Origin: Octopus bimaculoides
Lineage: Eukaryota
Reading direction: 5' to 3'
NCBI RefSeq assembly: GCF_001194135.2
Contig: NC_068993.1
Location: 39,650,448 to 39,705,377 of the forward strand
DNA length: 54,930 nt
Position 1 is the first letter of the stretch; every line of letters starts with the position of its first letter. A program made the translations under genes and the position numbers. This document shows, piece after piece, positions 1 through 10,414 of the stretch. The notes beneath the pieces are model-generated. The model was given only the letters and a program-made list of their open reading frames with translations. It was not told the DNA's origin and searched no databases.

Positions 1-554
1 TATATATACATATATATATATACATACATGTACATACACACATACATAAATGCATACATACATGTGTGTGTGGTGCATACCGATTAAGAGTACTACGGTA
101 GCCTCGTAATATAGCAAAACTTAAATTAATGTATTTGATAACGAATATTTGCAACAGTGTAACACATTTGTAAAAGATCTTTATAAAAGCTATCAATGCT
201 AACCGATTCTGCCAGTCATTCTTAGGTACATATATATTGGTTTCGATAGACTCTGTGGAAGAAATTTCGTGTATCAACGTAAAGGAAGGCGGCTATTGTA
301 AGGCATTGTGAACTGAAGAGAAGAAAATTGGTCATCAACCGCATCCATCCTCATTCGCAATTGTCTTAATCTGTCTTGCCACTGGATTGAAGATGGTCAT
401 TGAAAAGAGAGTGAGTATGATGGTGCGCTACTCTTCTTCATTTTAATCAAAGCACTGTACACGTCATCAGTCATCCTTCACCCACGATGGCAAGATGATC
501 ATCGTCGATCCGTCCGAAGAACCTGTATACATATACTTTATCGTGAGCATCGTG

Positions 555-765
555 AAGGCAAGCAGCTTAGAGTTTGGAGTATTCAGCTCATGACCATAAG
601 ATTGTGAATTTGGTTCTCGGCGGTGCGATGTGTCCTTGAGCAAGACACTTTATTTCAAGTTGTTCCAGTCCCTGAGAATTACATTAAGAGTACACGTGTT
701 TGATGAATGCTCAGCCACTTGCACGTTAAATTCATGAGCAGGTTGTCCCGTTGATTGGATCGACA
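555..765 (+). mobile_element. Decayed tRNA-derived SINE of a further family (GTGTCCTTGAGCAAGACACTTTATTTC block)
   Basis: tRNA-like head, GTGTCCTTGAGCAAGACACTTTATTTCA, 3' TGCTCAGCCACTTGCACGTTAA.TTCA.GAGCAGG. Confidence 0.7.
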
Positions 766-2607
766 GTGAGCATAATGCAGTCATAGATATGCAGGCTACT
801 ATTCATTTCATATAAAAAGTATCACCCAAGCGTGAGGAATGTTCTAGTAGTGTTCTGTGAAGCACTAAAATATTAAGTACTACTTTTATATGAAACCACT
901 GGTAACCAGCACATATCTTATACAAACTATTAAGCATTCGCTCCCTTCTTATTAGTTCATGTAACGCAATGCACACATATACACGTATATAAGTGCGTAT
1001 GTTTATTTGTAATCATGCGTGCATAAATGTGTATGCATGCGCGTGTACGCATGTGTGAATGCGAGTCAGTTATGCTGAGCTGCTTACTGCCTAGTTTAGT
1101 GAACTACATCTATTTCAGGGTTTTACTTAAATATATTGATTTGACATAAGAGAGACGTTAGTGTTGGATGATTTCTTTTATTTTAATAAAAGCCAAGAGA
1201 TAGTTGGTGATGGGTTAAACATCGAAGAATGAATGTTTCAATCAAGCATTCGTCTCCGATTTGTACGTTAGTCTAAAGTTTACATAAGTCCTAGATTTAA
1301 TGGCTCTGGAGTGTTTAAACCATCAAAATCTCAAGAAGCAAGACATGTCACCTATATTAGTTTATACACCGGCTTATTCGCATTCGTGTGTTTATTTATT
1401 TTGTATGGACTGAAAGAGCAAAATAAAAATAAGAATCATTGTGATATAAACAAAGAAAAGAAACAAAAACTTTTGACGAATTTTTTAAATATTTTATTCA
1501 TTTTTATTTATTTCGCATTCTACTGGACATTGAATAGAAAAAAATATAATGTTTGCAGCTATTTAGCTAAGAATTCTATTGTTTCGTGTTGGTAAGCCGC
1601 AGGAAATAAGCAAATACTATGATGACAGCCATCGAAGACAGCACATTGTCTGGAGATCATTGTTAACAGCTTCAAAACACTTTGCTCAGTCCCTTTCGAT
1701 TTACATTCTTTTTCCCACCTTTTGTTCGCTGATCACTTTATACTCTCTCCCTCTCTCTCCCTCTTCCTCACTTCGTCTCTTTAACAATTTCTTCTTTCGT
1801 TTTTTTCACCTTTGCAATTTTTCTCTTTCATTTAAAACCTTTTTGTTTCATTTGGCTCTTCTTTTTTTTTTTCTGTCGTATATTTTCCCCCGTTTTGTCT
1901 TCTGAACTGTGTTTTTGTTATGCTTTCCTATTTTTTAAAATTTTATTTTATTATTCATCTTCTTCGTTTCGTTATTTTTCTTTGACATGTCCATTGTGTT
2001 TTTTCTCATTATTAAATTTTTTTTCTCTTCGTTCTGTTTTTTTTTTTTATCCATTTCACCGCTTTTTCCACTGTATTTTTTCATCAAAATCACCTGAGGA
2101 CAGTTTGTTTTTTTAGTCTTTATATTATTATTCTTTCACTTCTTTTTTATCGTGTTACTTCTACTGACGCTCCACCCACCTTCGCTCTGATCTTTTTGCA
2201 CATATTGTTATCAACTGACAGAAGCAAAGGAGTTGAACCAGCGGAAATGACAATTTTCTAACCACTCTTACATATTGGGATACTTTGTAAAATATCACAA
2301 AACACATTGTGACGAAAATGTACAGGAGATAAAATAAAGAGGAATGGAAAAAGAGAAGAAAGAATTTATAGCGTTTGTCTTGTATAGTGGTTACATAAAA
2401 AGCAAGGACGTGCTTGTATCACGAACTTTACTTCATGTTAACTTGGCCTCTAGTCATTTGACTTTTTTGAATCTCAGCTTTTCCTCTCTTTTATCCGCTA
2501 TTTTCGTTCCCTTTTTATTAATCTTCTATTAATTCCATTATTTATATATTTGTTTTCTGCTCCATTTTTTTCTGGGTTTGGTCTTTTGGTCCTGTTACTT
2601 TCTTTGT

Positions 2608-2707
2608 TTCTTCTTCTTCTTCTTCTTCTTCTTCTTCTTCTTCTTCTTCTTCTTCTTCTTCTTCTTCTTCTTCTTCTTCTTCTTCTTCTTCTTCTTCTTC
2701 TTCTTCT
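2608..2707. repeat. (TTC)n microsatellite running into N gap
   Basis: Direct reading. Confidence 0.98.
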
Positions 2708-3493
2708 NNNNNNNNNNNNNNNNNNNNNNNNNNNNNNNNNNNNNNNNNNNNNNNNNNNNNNNNNNNNNNNNNNNNNNNNNNNNNNNNNNNNNNNNNNNNN
2801 NNNNNNNNNNNNNNNNNNNNNNNNNNNNNNNNNNNNNNNNNNNNNNNNNNNNNNNNNNNNNNNNNNNNNNNNNNNNNNNNNNNNNNNNNNNNNNNNNNNN
2901 NNNNNNNNNNNNNNNNNNNNNNNNNNNNNNNNNNNNNNNNNNNNNNNNNNNNNNNNNNNNNNNNNNNNNNNNNNNNNNNNNNNNNNNNNNNNNNNNNNNN
3001 NNNNNNNNNNNNNNNNNNNNNNNNNNNNNNNNNNNNNNNNNNNNNNNNNNNNNNNNNNNNNNNNNNNNNNNNNNNNNNNNNNNNNNNNNNNNNNNNNNNN
3101 NNNNNNNNNNNNNNNNNNNNNNNNNNNNNNNNNNNNNNNNATATATATATATATATATATATATATACTTTACTTAAAAGCAGCAGAAATATCACAAAAG
3201 CTGTTACTCAGAGTTTCACGTTCCCGTTCGTCAGACAGTTTTTCTGGGTTTTCTTCGATCTTTTCAACATATACACACATATGCAACCCGTACACATTTA
3301 TAATATCTCACCTATGCCATGTTGTTCAATATATAGTGTATATGTGTGTGTGTGCGTCTGCGAACAGGAACGTGAAACTCTGAGTAACAGCTTTTGTTAT
3401 ATTTCTACTGCTTTTAAATAAAGCATATTACTCTACCTCTGGTATTTGAGTACTCTTTTTTCCACCTTGTTTCACATTTATGTGCTTACTCCG

Positions 3494-3533
<40 letters not shown>

Positions 3534-3880
3534 NNNNNNNNNNNNNNNNNNNNNNNNNNNNNNNNNNNNNNNNNNNNNNNNNNNNNNNNNNNNNNNNNNN
3601 NNNNNNNNNNNNNNNNNNNNNNNNNNNNNNNNNNNNNNNNNNNNNNNNNNNNNNNNNNNNNNNNNNNNNNNNNNNNNNNNNNNNNNNNNNNNNNNNNNNN
3701 NNNNNNNNNNNNNNNNNNNNNNNNNNNNNNNNNNNNNNNNNNNNNNACACACACATACACACACACACACACACAGAGGTTTGCATATAACGGCTTCTAT
3801 GCCCACTGCACCTACCATTTTACAATTGGCATATATAGTCCAAGATTAAATTTTTTTTTTTTTTTTTATTACTCCAATTA

Positions 3881-4190
3881 GGTGCAATGGCCCAGTGGTT
3901 AGAGCAGTGGACTCACCGTCGGAGGATCGCGGTTTCGATCCCTAGACCGGGCGTTGAGTGTGTTTATTGAGTGAAAACACCTAAAGCTCCACGAGGCTCC
4001 GGCAGGGGGTGGTGGCAACCCCTGTTCTACTCTTTCGCCCCAACTTTCTCTCACTCTTTCTTCCTGTTTCTTGAGTAACGCTGCGATGGACTGGCGTCCT
4101 TTCCAGCTGGAGGGAACACATACGCCATAGAAACCAGGAAACCGGGCCCATGAGCCTGGCTAGGCTTAAAAAGGGCGCATAAATAAATAA
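3881..4190 (+). mobile_element. Full-length tRNA-derived SINE with 13-bp TSD
   Basis: A box TGGCCCAGTGG, B box GTTTCGATCCC, (TAAA)n tail; identical TSD ATTACTCCAATTA at 3868-3880 and 4191-4203. Confidence 0.95.
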
Positions 4191-4485
4191 ATTACTCCAA
4201 TTAATGTCCAAGCAAATGCAAGTCCTAGAGACAAATTTCTAACTCTTTAGTATCTTCATGTTAACTTCCTATATTCTTCTTCGATATTCCTTTTATCTTT
4301 TCTTCCATTCTTCTTACTTTCAGTTTTGATTTTGAAAACCGAATGTTACTATTTAATCAGGTGAAATGAGGTCAAGTCAGATGACCGGATGTGGTTAGTA
4401 ACTGGAACTTGTTCTCTGATAATTGCTTAATCTATGAGTGAAGCTAAGCACTTCTAATTCAACATATTGTATTATACACCAGGAG

Positions 4486-4708
4486 CTACTGAAGCATCAG
4501 CAGTAATAGCAGCAGCAGTATTAGTAGTGATAGTAGTAGTAGCAGTACTACTAGTAGTAGAATGAGGAAGAGAACAAGGAGGTAGATGAAGGGAGGGAAG
4601 ATGAGGAGGTGGTAGAAGAGGAGTGGAGAAGGATCAGTAACAGTAGCATAATCAGCAATAGTATCAGTGATTGTAGCAACAACAGCAACAACAGCAGTAG
4701 CAGCAGCG

Positions 4709-4768
<60 letters not shown>

Positions 4769-4800
4769 CTGTGTGATGGTGGTGATGAGATCAGCAGTAG
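4486..4800. repeat. Compound (AGC)/(AGT)/(GGA) low-complexity tract
   Basis: Direct reading; pure (AGT)n at ~4710-4767. Confidence 0.95.
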
Positions 4801-4870
4801 CAGCTGGTACTTATAGAGTGCAGACATTGACTTCTCTTAGAGGCTTGGGTCCTTTGTCCATCATTTAGAT

Positions 4871-4955
4871 CAGTGGTCTTCAACTGGGGTACATATGGCC
4901 CTTAGGGTTCCATGTGGTCCTTAAGGGGTACATATAAGATTTTGTTGCTAAAATT
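4871..4955 (+). mobile_element. hAT (Charlie-like) MITE left end
   Basis: CAGTGGTCTTCAAC terminus followed by GGGGTACATAT..CCCTTAGGG; homologous to 5309 and 25940 copies. Confidence 0.55.
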
Positions 4956-5308
4956 AATACGCAACACTAGCGTTGTAATTTTGTAGATGCGGAAGTGGTT
5001 GTTGTTATCGAGTATTTCCTAAATCATGATAGCAACTGAAAAATAAATCGGTGGATAAAGGCTAATTTGTTTAACTGTGAGTAACAAGTATCAAAACAGA
5101 TTATCCAATCCTAAGCAAAAACGAATACGCTGAACAAGCTCTGTTATAGGCCGAATTCGCACATAAATTTTACATCTTTGGATATAATGACTAACAAGAA
5201 TTGTTAACGAGATTTGATGTTCCAGGATATAAATTAAATAAACGCATTCTCAGAATTGCGGACAGTGAATTTCCGTAAAAGCTTGGGTCCTTTGATCAAT
5301 ATTTGGAT

Positions 5309-5515
5309 CAGAGGTTCTCAACCGAGGTCAATATGACACTTAGGGGTCTATGTAAGACTTTGTTGTTAAAATTTATGTGAAATATTTTAATCTGTTTATT
5401 AAAATTCCAAATAATATTTACTTATAAAAATACAGTTGGATGCTTCTTTATATACATCGAATGGCTATGGAGGTCCAGTAGAGTAAAATAGGATTCAAAG
5501 GGGTCTAGATAATTG
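5309..5515 (+). mobile_element. hAT (Charlie-like) MITE, longer copy
   Basis: CAGAGGTTCTCAAC terminus; shares AAAATAGGA..CA.AGGGGTC..AGATAA near the right end with the 25940 copy. Confidence 0.55.
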
Positions 5516-5691
5516 TTAGTTATTTCCAAGTTTTGAATTTGTGGCTCTTAGCTGTGCAAAACCCGCATTTTGCTTATTTTCTATATGGTCAGAATTTCAT
5601 CATACGCACGACGAACGCACTCCTGTATATACGCGCACGCGCATACACATATTTGCACGTAATGATGAAAACGATTATGATGACGGGGACA

Positions 5692-5893
5692 GTTTCAAAT
5701 TTTGGTACACGGCCAGTAATTTTAAGGAAGCGGATAAGTGAATTACATTGACCCCAGTGCCTAAGTGTTACTTATTTTATCAATTCCGAAAAGATGGAAA
5801 TCAAATTAACTTCGAAGGAATTTGAACTCAGAATGTTGGAAGAATTGCCAATAAGCATTTTGTTCGACGCGCTAAAGATTCTCCAAGCTCGCC
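5692..5893 (-). mobile_element. tRNA-derived Deu/Nin-domain-type SINE
   Basis: Reverse complement of GGCGAGCTGGCAGAATCGTTAGC head, GAGTTCAAATTCC B box, ...CTTTCATCCTTTCGGGGTCGATAAAATAAGTACC. Confidence 0.75.
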
Positions 5894-6003
5894 ACTTTGA
5901 AATATTCTTTTTAATTTTGGCTCGCAGCTAAAAATTTCAGAGGGTAGGGTGTTGGTTAGTCTATACATCAAATATAAAAGATATTTCTAAAATGATACCA
6001 TAT

Positions 6004-6201
6004 AGGCGTAGGAGTGGCTGTGTGGTAAGTAGCTTGCTTACCAACCACATGGTCCCGGGTTCAGTCCCACTGCGTGGCATCTTGGGCAAGTGTCTTCTAC
6101 TATAGCCTCGGGCCGACCAAAGCCTTGTGAGTGGATTTGGTAGACGGAAACTGAAAGAAGCCTGTCGTATATATGTATATATATATATGTGTGTGTGTGT
6201 A
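6004..6201 (+). mobile_element. Same CORE-like SINE family, 5' half, ends in N gap
   Basis: Nearly identical to 51899-52060 up to the internal microsatellite. Confidence 0.9.
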
Positions 6202-6724
6202 NNNNNNNNNNNNNNNNNNNNNNNNNNNNNNNNNNNNNNNNNNNNNNNNNNNNNNNNNNNNNNNNNNNNNNNNNNNNNNNNNNNNNNNNNNNNNNNNNNN
6301 NNNNNNNNNNNNNNNNNNNNNNNNNNNNNNNNNNNNNNNNNNNNNNNNNNNNNNNNNNNNNNNNNNNNNNNNNNNNNNNNNNNNNNNNNNNNNNNNNNNN
6401 NNNNNNNNNNNNNNNNNNNNNNNNNNNNNNNNNNNNNNNNNNNNNNNNNNNNNNNNNNNNNNNNNNNNNNNNNNNNNNNNNNNNNNNNNNNNNNNNNNNN
6501 NNNNNNNNNNNNNNNNNNNNNNNNNNNNNNNNNNNNNNNNNNNNNNNNNNNNNNNNNNNNNNNNNNNNNNNNNNNNNNNNNNNNNNNNNNNNNNNNNNNN
6601 NNNNNNNNNNNNNNNNNNNNNNNNNNNNNNNNNNNNNNNNNNNNNNNNNNNNNNNNNNNNNNNNNNNNNNNNNNNNNNNNNNNNNNNNNNNNNNNNNNNN
6701 NNNNNNNNNNNNNNNNNNNNNNNN

Positions 6725-6957
6725 TGAAAAGCTACTGGTTTCAAGGGTATCACGAAAGGCCTGGTTGGAGGCTCAACCTTCCGAGATCGTTTATCGGGTT
6801 GGAAGCTCAACTTCCGAGTTCGTTTAAAGATCAACTGAATTACCACTGCAATAAGTGTGTGAATCTGAGAGGAGAATATATTGAATAAAATCATAATTAA
6901 CTGATCCTCCTGTATTTTCTTTTACCCAAAGTCAGGAACTTTACAGCACTACCTCGT
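6725..6957 (+). mobile_element. mariner-derived MITE, left end lost in N gap
   Basis: Same family; reads CNKCVNLRGEYIE* like the mariner transposase C-terminal tail (..KC....GEYVE*). Confidence 0.75.
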
Positions 6958-7010
<53 letters not shown>

Positions 7011-7734
7011 TGTATGAGTTTGCATGCATACATACATACAAACATACATAAAAAACACACACACACATATATATATATATACACACAAATACACACACAC
7101 ATATACATATATAGTTATATATGCACTGCATAGATTATTAGGTGATTATGCCAATAGCAGAGCCTGCCTATTGATTGAAGATCTGCATATTTTGAGTGCT
7201 ACTGTTATTTCGCAAATTTTGTGTTCATGCAGACAACACCAAGAATAATAGAACAATTCTGCTGCTGCATTTATTGATATTTAATCAGGACATGAATAAC
7301 CTTTAATTGGTCATCACGTTGCCATCACGTCTAGGACAAGAGACCTCTATTGTTGAGTATGGCCTCAAAGCTGATCAGAAAACGTGTTACAAGGTCATGA
7401 ACTGTATCGGCCTTCACGTAGACTATAGCAAAGGTTTGTCTATGAAAGAGTAGCTCTACAGTGAGCTATGGGATATTGAAGTAGAACAGTCGGTTTTTTT
7501 GTTGCTGTTGATATAATTTAGACAAAAGGATACAGGCAACGGTCACGACCTTCACAAGATCTTCGAGATTTTAAGAGATAAAGGACGTGGGTTCCTGCCG
7601 TTTATTATTGCGGTTCCTAGATGCTATTCAGCCTTTAGTTAGTGATAGTAGATGAGCAATTTTGTGTGTGTGTGTGTGTGTGTACACACACACACACGCA
7701 CGCACGAACACGCACACATACACACACACATATT

Positions 7735-8141
7735 CTTTTATTTTCTTATTGTTTTGTTTCAGTCATTTGACTGCGGCCATGCTGGAGCACGGCTTTGAAG
7801 GGTTTTAATCCAACAAATCGACCCCAGGACTTATTTCTCAAGCCTAGTTAGTACTTACTCTAACGGTCTCTTTTCCCGAACCGCTATGTTACGAGGAGGG
7901 AAACACAACAACACCGGTTGACAAACAGTGATGGGGGAACAAACAGACACAGACACACACACATAGATATATACATATACGCATATATTCGACAGGATTC
8001 TTTCAGTTTCTGTCTACCAAATCCACTCACAACGCACGGGTCAGCCAGAGCCAATAGTCGAAGACACTTGCCCAAGATGCTACATAATGGGACTGAACCC
8101 GAAATCTTGTGGTTGGGAATCACACAGCCACGACTGCACCT
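7735..8141 (-). mobile_element. CORE-like SINE, diverged full copy
   Basis: Reverse complement of the 51899 family including tail, internal microsatellite and head. Confidence 0.85.
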
Positions 8142-9421
8142 GTGTACGTATGTAACCATTAATTCTGGGGCCATTGCCCTGTTGTATCTGATGTCAGACA
8201 GCCCTTCGATTGAGAGTCAATTTTGTCTCTGTATTCTCTAGTGACAAAGTGTAGATATGTCACAAGAAAGAGTGCAATAGAAAGCAACGAAGCAACGTTT
8301 CAAGATAACGAAGTTTAGGGTTGGTGATTGACTTAACAGGAACACTAAATTTGATTAACATTAGGTACCCGCATATGAGCATAGCTACACACTCGAATAA
8401 GAAGCGGGAGATAGATGAAGAGAGTTGGAGGAGGAGAGATGGAGGAATAGAGAGTGAAGAGGATAGGAAAATTACGTCGATATAGATACACTAGCTACAG
8501 CATATTTATTTCGTCCAGTGTAGTATTAAAACTAACGGATATAATAAACATTCTAACGCAAGTCCTGATCATCTCTGTTTCCAGCTACTACTTTATTTTA
8601 CAAGCAACTTTTCAACGGCATTTCTATTCTTCTTGTTCTTGTTCTTTTACCATTTTCCCTTCTTTTTTTTTTAGCCTCCGTTTTCATTCTTTCTTCATTC
8701 CTTTCTCTTTTCTTTCTTCTCCCATCAAATACCATCACTTTCAATAAGCTGACATTTAATTTCGCCTGAAGCATTGTCTATTCCTGGCTGTTATTGTCGC
8801 TTCAGATAGGACGATGATAGAATAACGTCTTTCTCCTTGCTTCAAATGTCAGCAACATTGTCTCGCTGAAACGTGAGGCTTGTTTTCATAAAAAGCCCAT
8901 TGTCTTGCTATCGAGGAAACCGACAATACTCGTTTGACCTGTAACCACACAGTTGTTCGCTTATTATTGTCTTTCAAAGAACAAAACTCTTTCTCTGTCG
9001 TTACTGCTTCTGAAAGCTTTAACACCGATACCAGTGTAATGGCAATAATTGAAAGGAAAATAAAGTTTCGGCCTCATAGGGCTTTTATTTTTTAACTGCA
9101 AAAGCCGAACCCGATTCGACGACAAATTATCAAAGTCGTGCAACAGCAAAACATCACAACACCTACTTATACATGTAGCTGCATTTACTTACGGCCATAC
9201 ATGCATGTATGCCTTTATGTATATACATTAGTATGCGTAGGTATGAGTTTTTTTTAGGATTGTGCATCTATAACAGGTGATTCTATTACGTGTTTTGTGC
9301 GTGCGTACGTGTGTATGTATGTGTTTGTGTGTGTGTGTGTGCGTATGTGTGCGCGCGATTCTGTGTATGAAATTAAACATACATACGGTAAAATCAGTAT
9401 ATCTATCTATCTCTCTATCTC

Positions 9422-9452
<31 letters not shown>

Positions 9453-9569
9453 NNNNNNNNNNATATAATGTACACATTTGTACATATATAGGTTTTTTTT
9501 TCTGAATTGCCTTTCCCTGTATATCAAATCTAACTCGAATACAAATGTATATATGCATGCATGCATGTA

Positions 9570-9604
<35 letters not shown>

Positions 9605-9681
9605 ATGTATGTATAAAAATACATTGGTTTATGTCGGTCAAATGAAAGAGGAATGTTCAATATTACTATTTGTAGAAAGAC

Positions 9682-9893
9682 GGCGAGCTGGCAGAATCGT
9701 TAGCACGTCAGGCAAAGTGCTTAGAGACATTTTGTTCTTCACGTTCTGAGTTCAAATTCTGGCGAGATCGACTTTGACTTTCTTTCTTTCAGGGTCGATA
9801 AAACAAATACCAGTTGAGCACTGGAGACGATGTAATCGACTTTCACTCCCCACCGAAATTTCTGGCATTGTGGCAAGTTTTGAAACCAATATT
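9682..9893 (+). mobile_element. Deu/Nin-domain-type SINE
   Basis: GGCGAGCTGGCAGAATCGTTAGC...GAGTTCAAATTC...GGGTCGATAAAACAAATACCAG...TTTGAAACC. Confidence 0.85.
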
Positions 9894-9936
9894 ACTGACC
9901 GTAGTAAGTATAGCTATTTGTATTGAAAGTAAAATT

Positions 9937-10018
9937 GAGAGTTTGTCTCGCGACTCGATTGTCAAGCAGCTGAAGCTCGCTTCTGAGCAGCGTGAAACAC
10001 GCGTCGCGAGACACTCTC
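9937..10018. repeat. GC/CpG-rich imperfect inverted repeat
   Basis: GAGAGT(TT)GTCTCGCGAC pairs with GTCGCGAGACACTCTC; inner hairpin GCGTG-AAA-CACGC. Confidence 0.75.
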
Positions 10019-10081
10019 GTTTTTAGCCCCAAACACACACACACACACACACACACACATGACAGTGCATTGCTCCGAACA

Positions 10082-10095
10082 ATGTCCGTGAGACG
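10082..10095 (+). CDS. Candidate first coding mini-exon MSVR(R), phase-2 donor
   Basis: AACAATGTCCGTGAGACG|GTAAAT just downstream of the CpG-rich hairpin and a (CA)n tract; phase compatible with the 14539 exon. Confidence 0.25.
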
Positions 10096-10414
10096 GTAAA
10101 TGTCTTTCAAGAGCACTGCATTTGTAAGGTACAAACGAATAATTGTATTGACTGTAAACAATTGCAGGATACGATATTATTAACATATACACTGACTCAA
10201 GAGTTCACTGGGTTATTTATTGACAAGTTCGTCATATGTGCGTTTGGATTATGAAACATCTTAAACCGAACTCATTCTATAACATAATATCTTGCGATAT
10301 GCAGTGTTCTAAAAACATGGTTTGTATCACGTAAACTTGTTTCAAGCTACATTCTATAGGAAGATACAAATTACTAAATTGAGCAGGGATATCTAAATTT
10401 GGATCTTTTATTTA

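Noticed and set aside
300-535. Minus-strand terminal exon (FFGRIDDDHLAIVGEG*)
   Set aside because: Weak polypyrimidine tract, wrong phase for the 26932 exon, no recognisable homology.
3881-3955. tRNA gene calls for SINE heads (also 6004, 9682, 22878, 51899)
   Set aside because: A/B boxes present but no full cloverleaf or acceptor stem; they continue into SINE bodies and tails.
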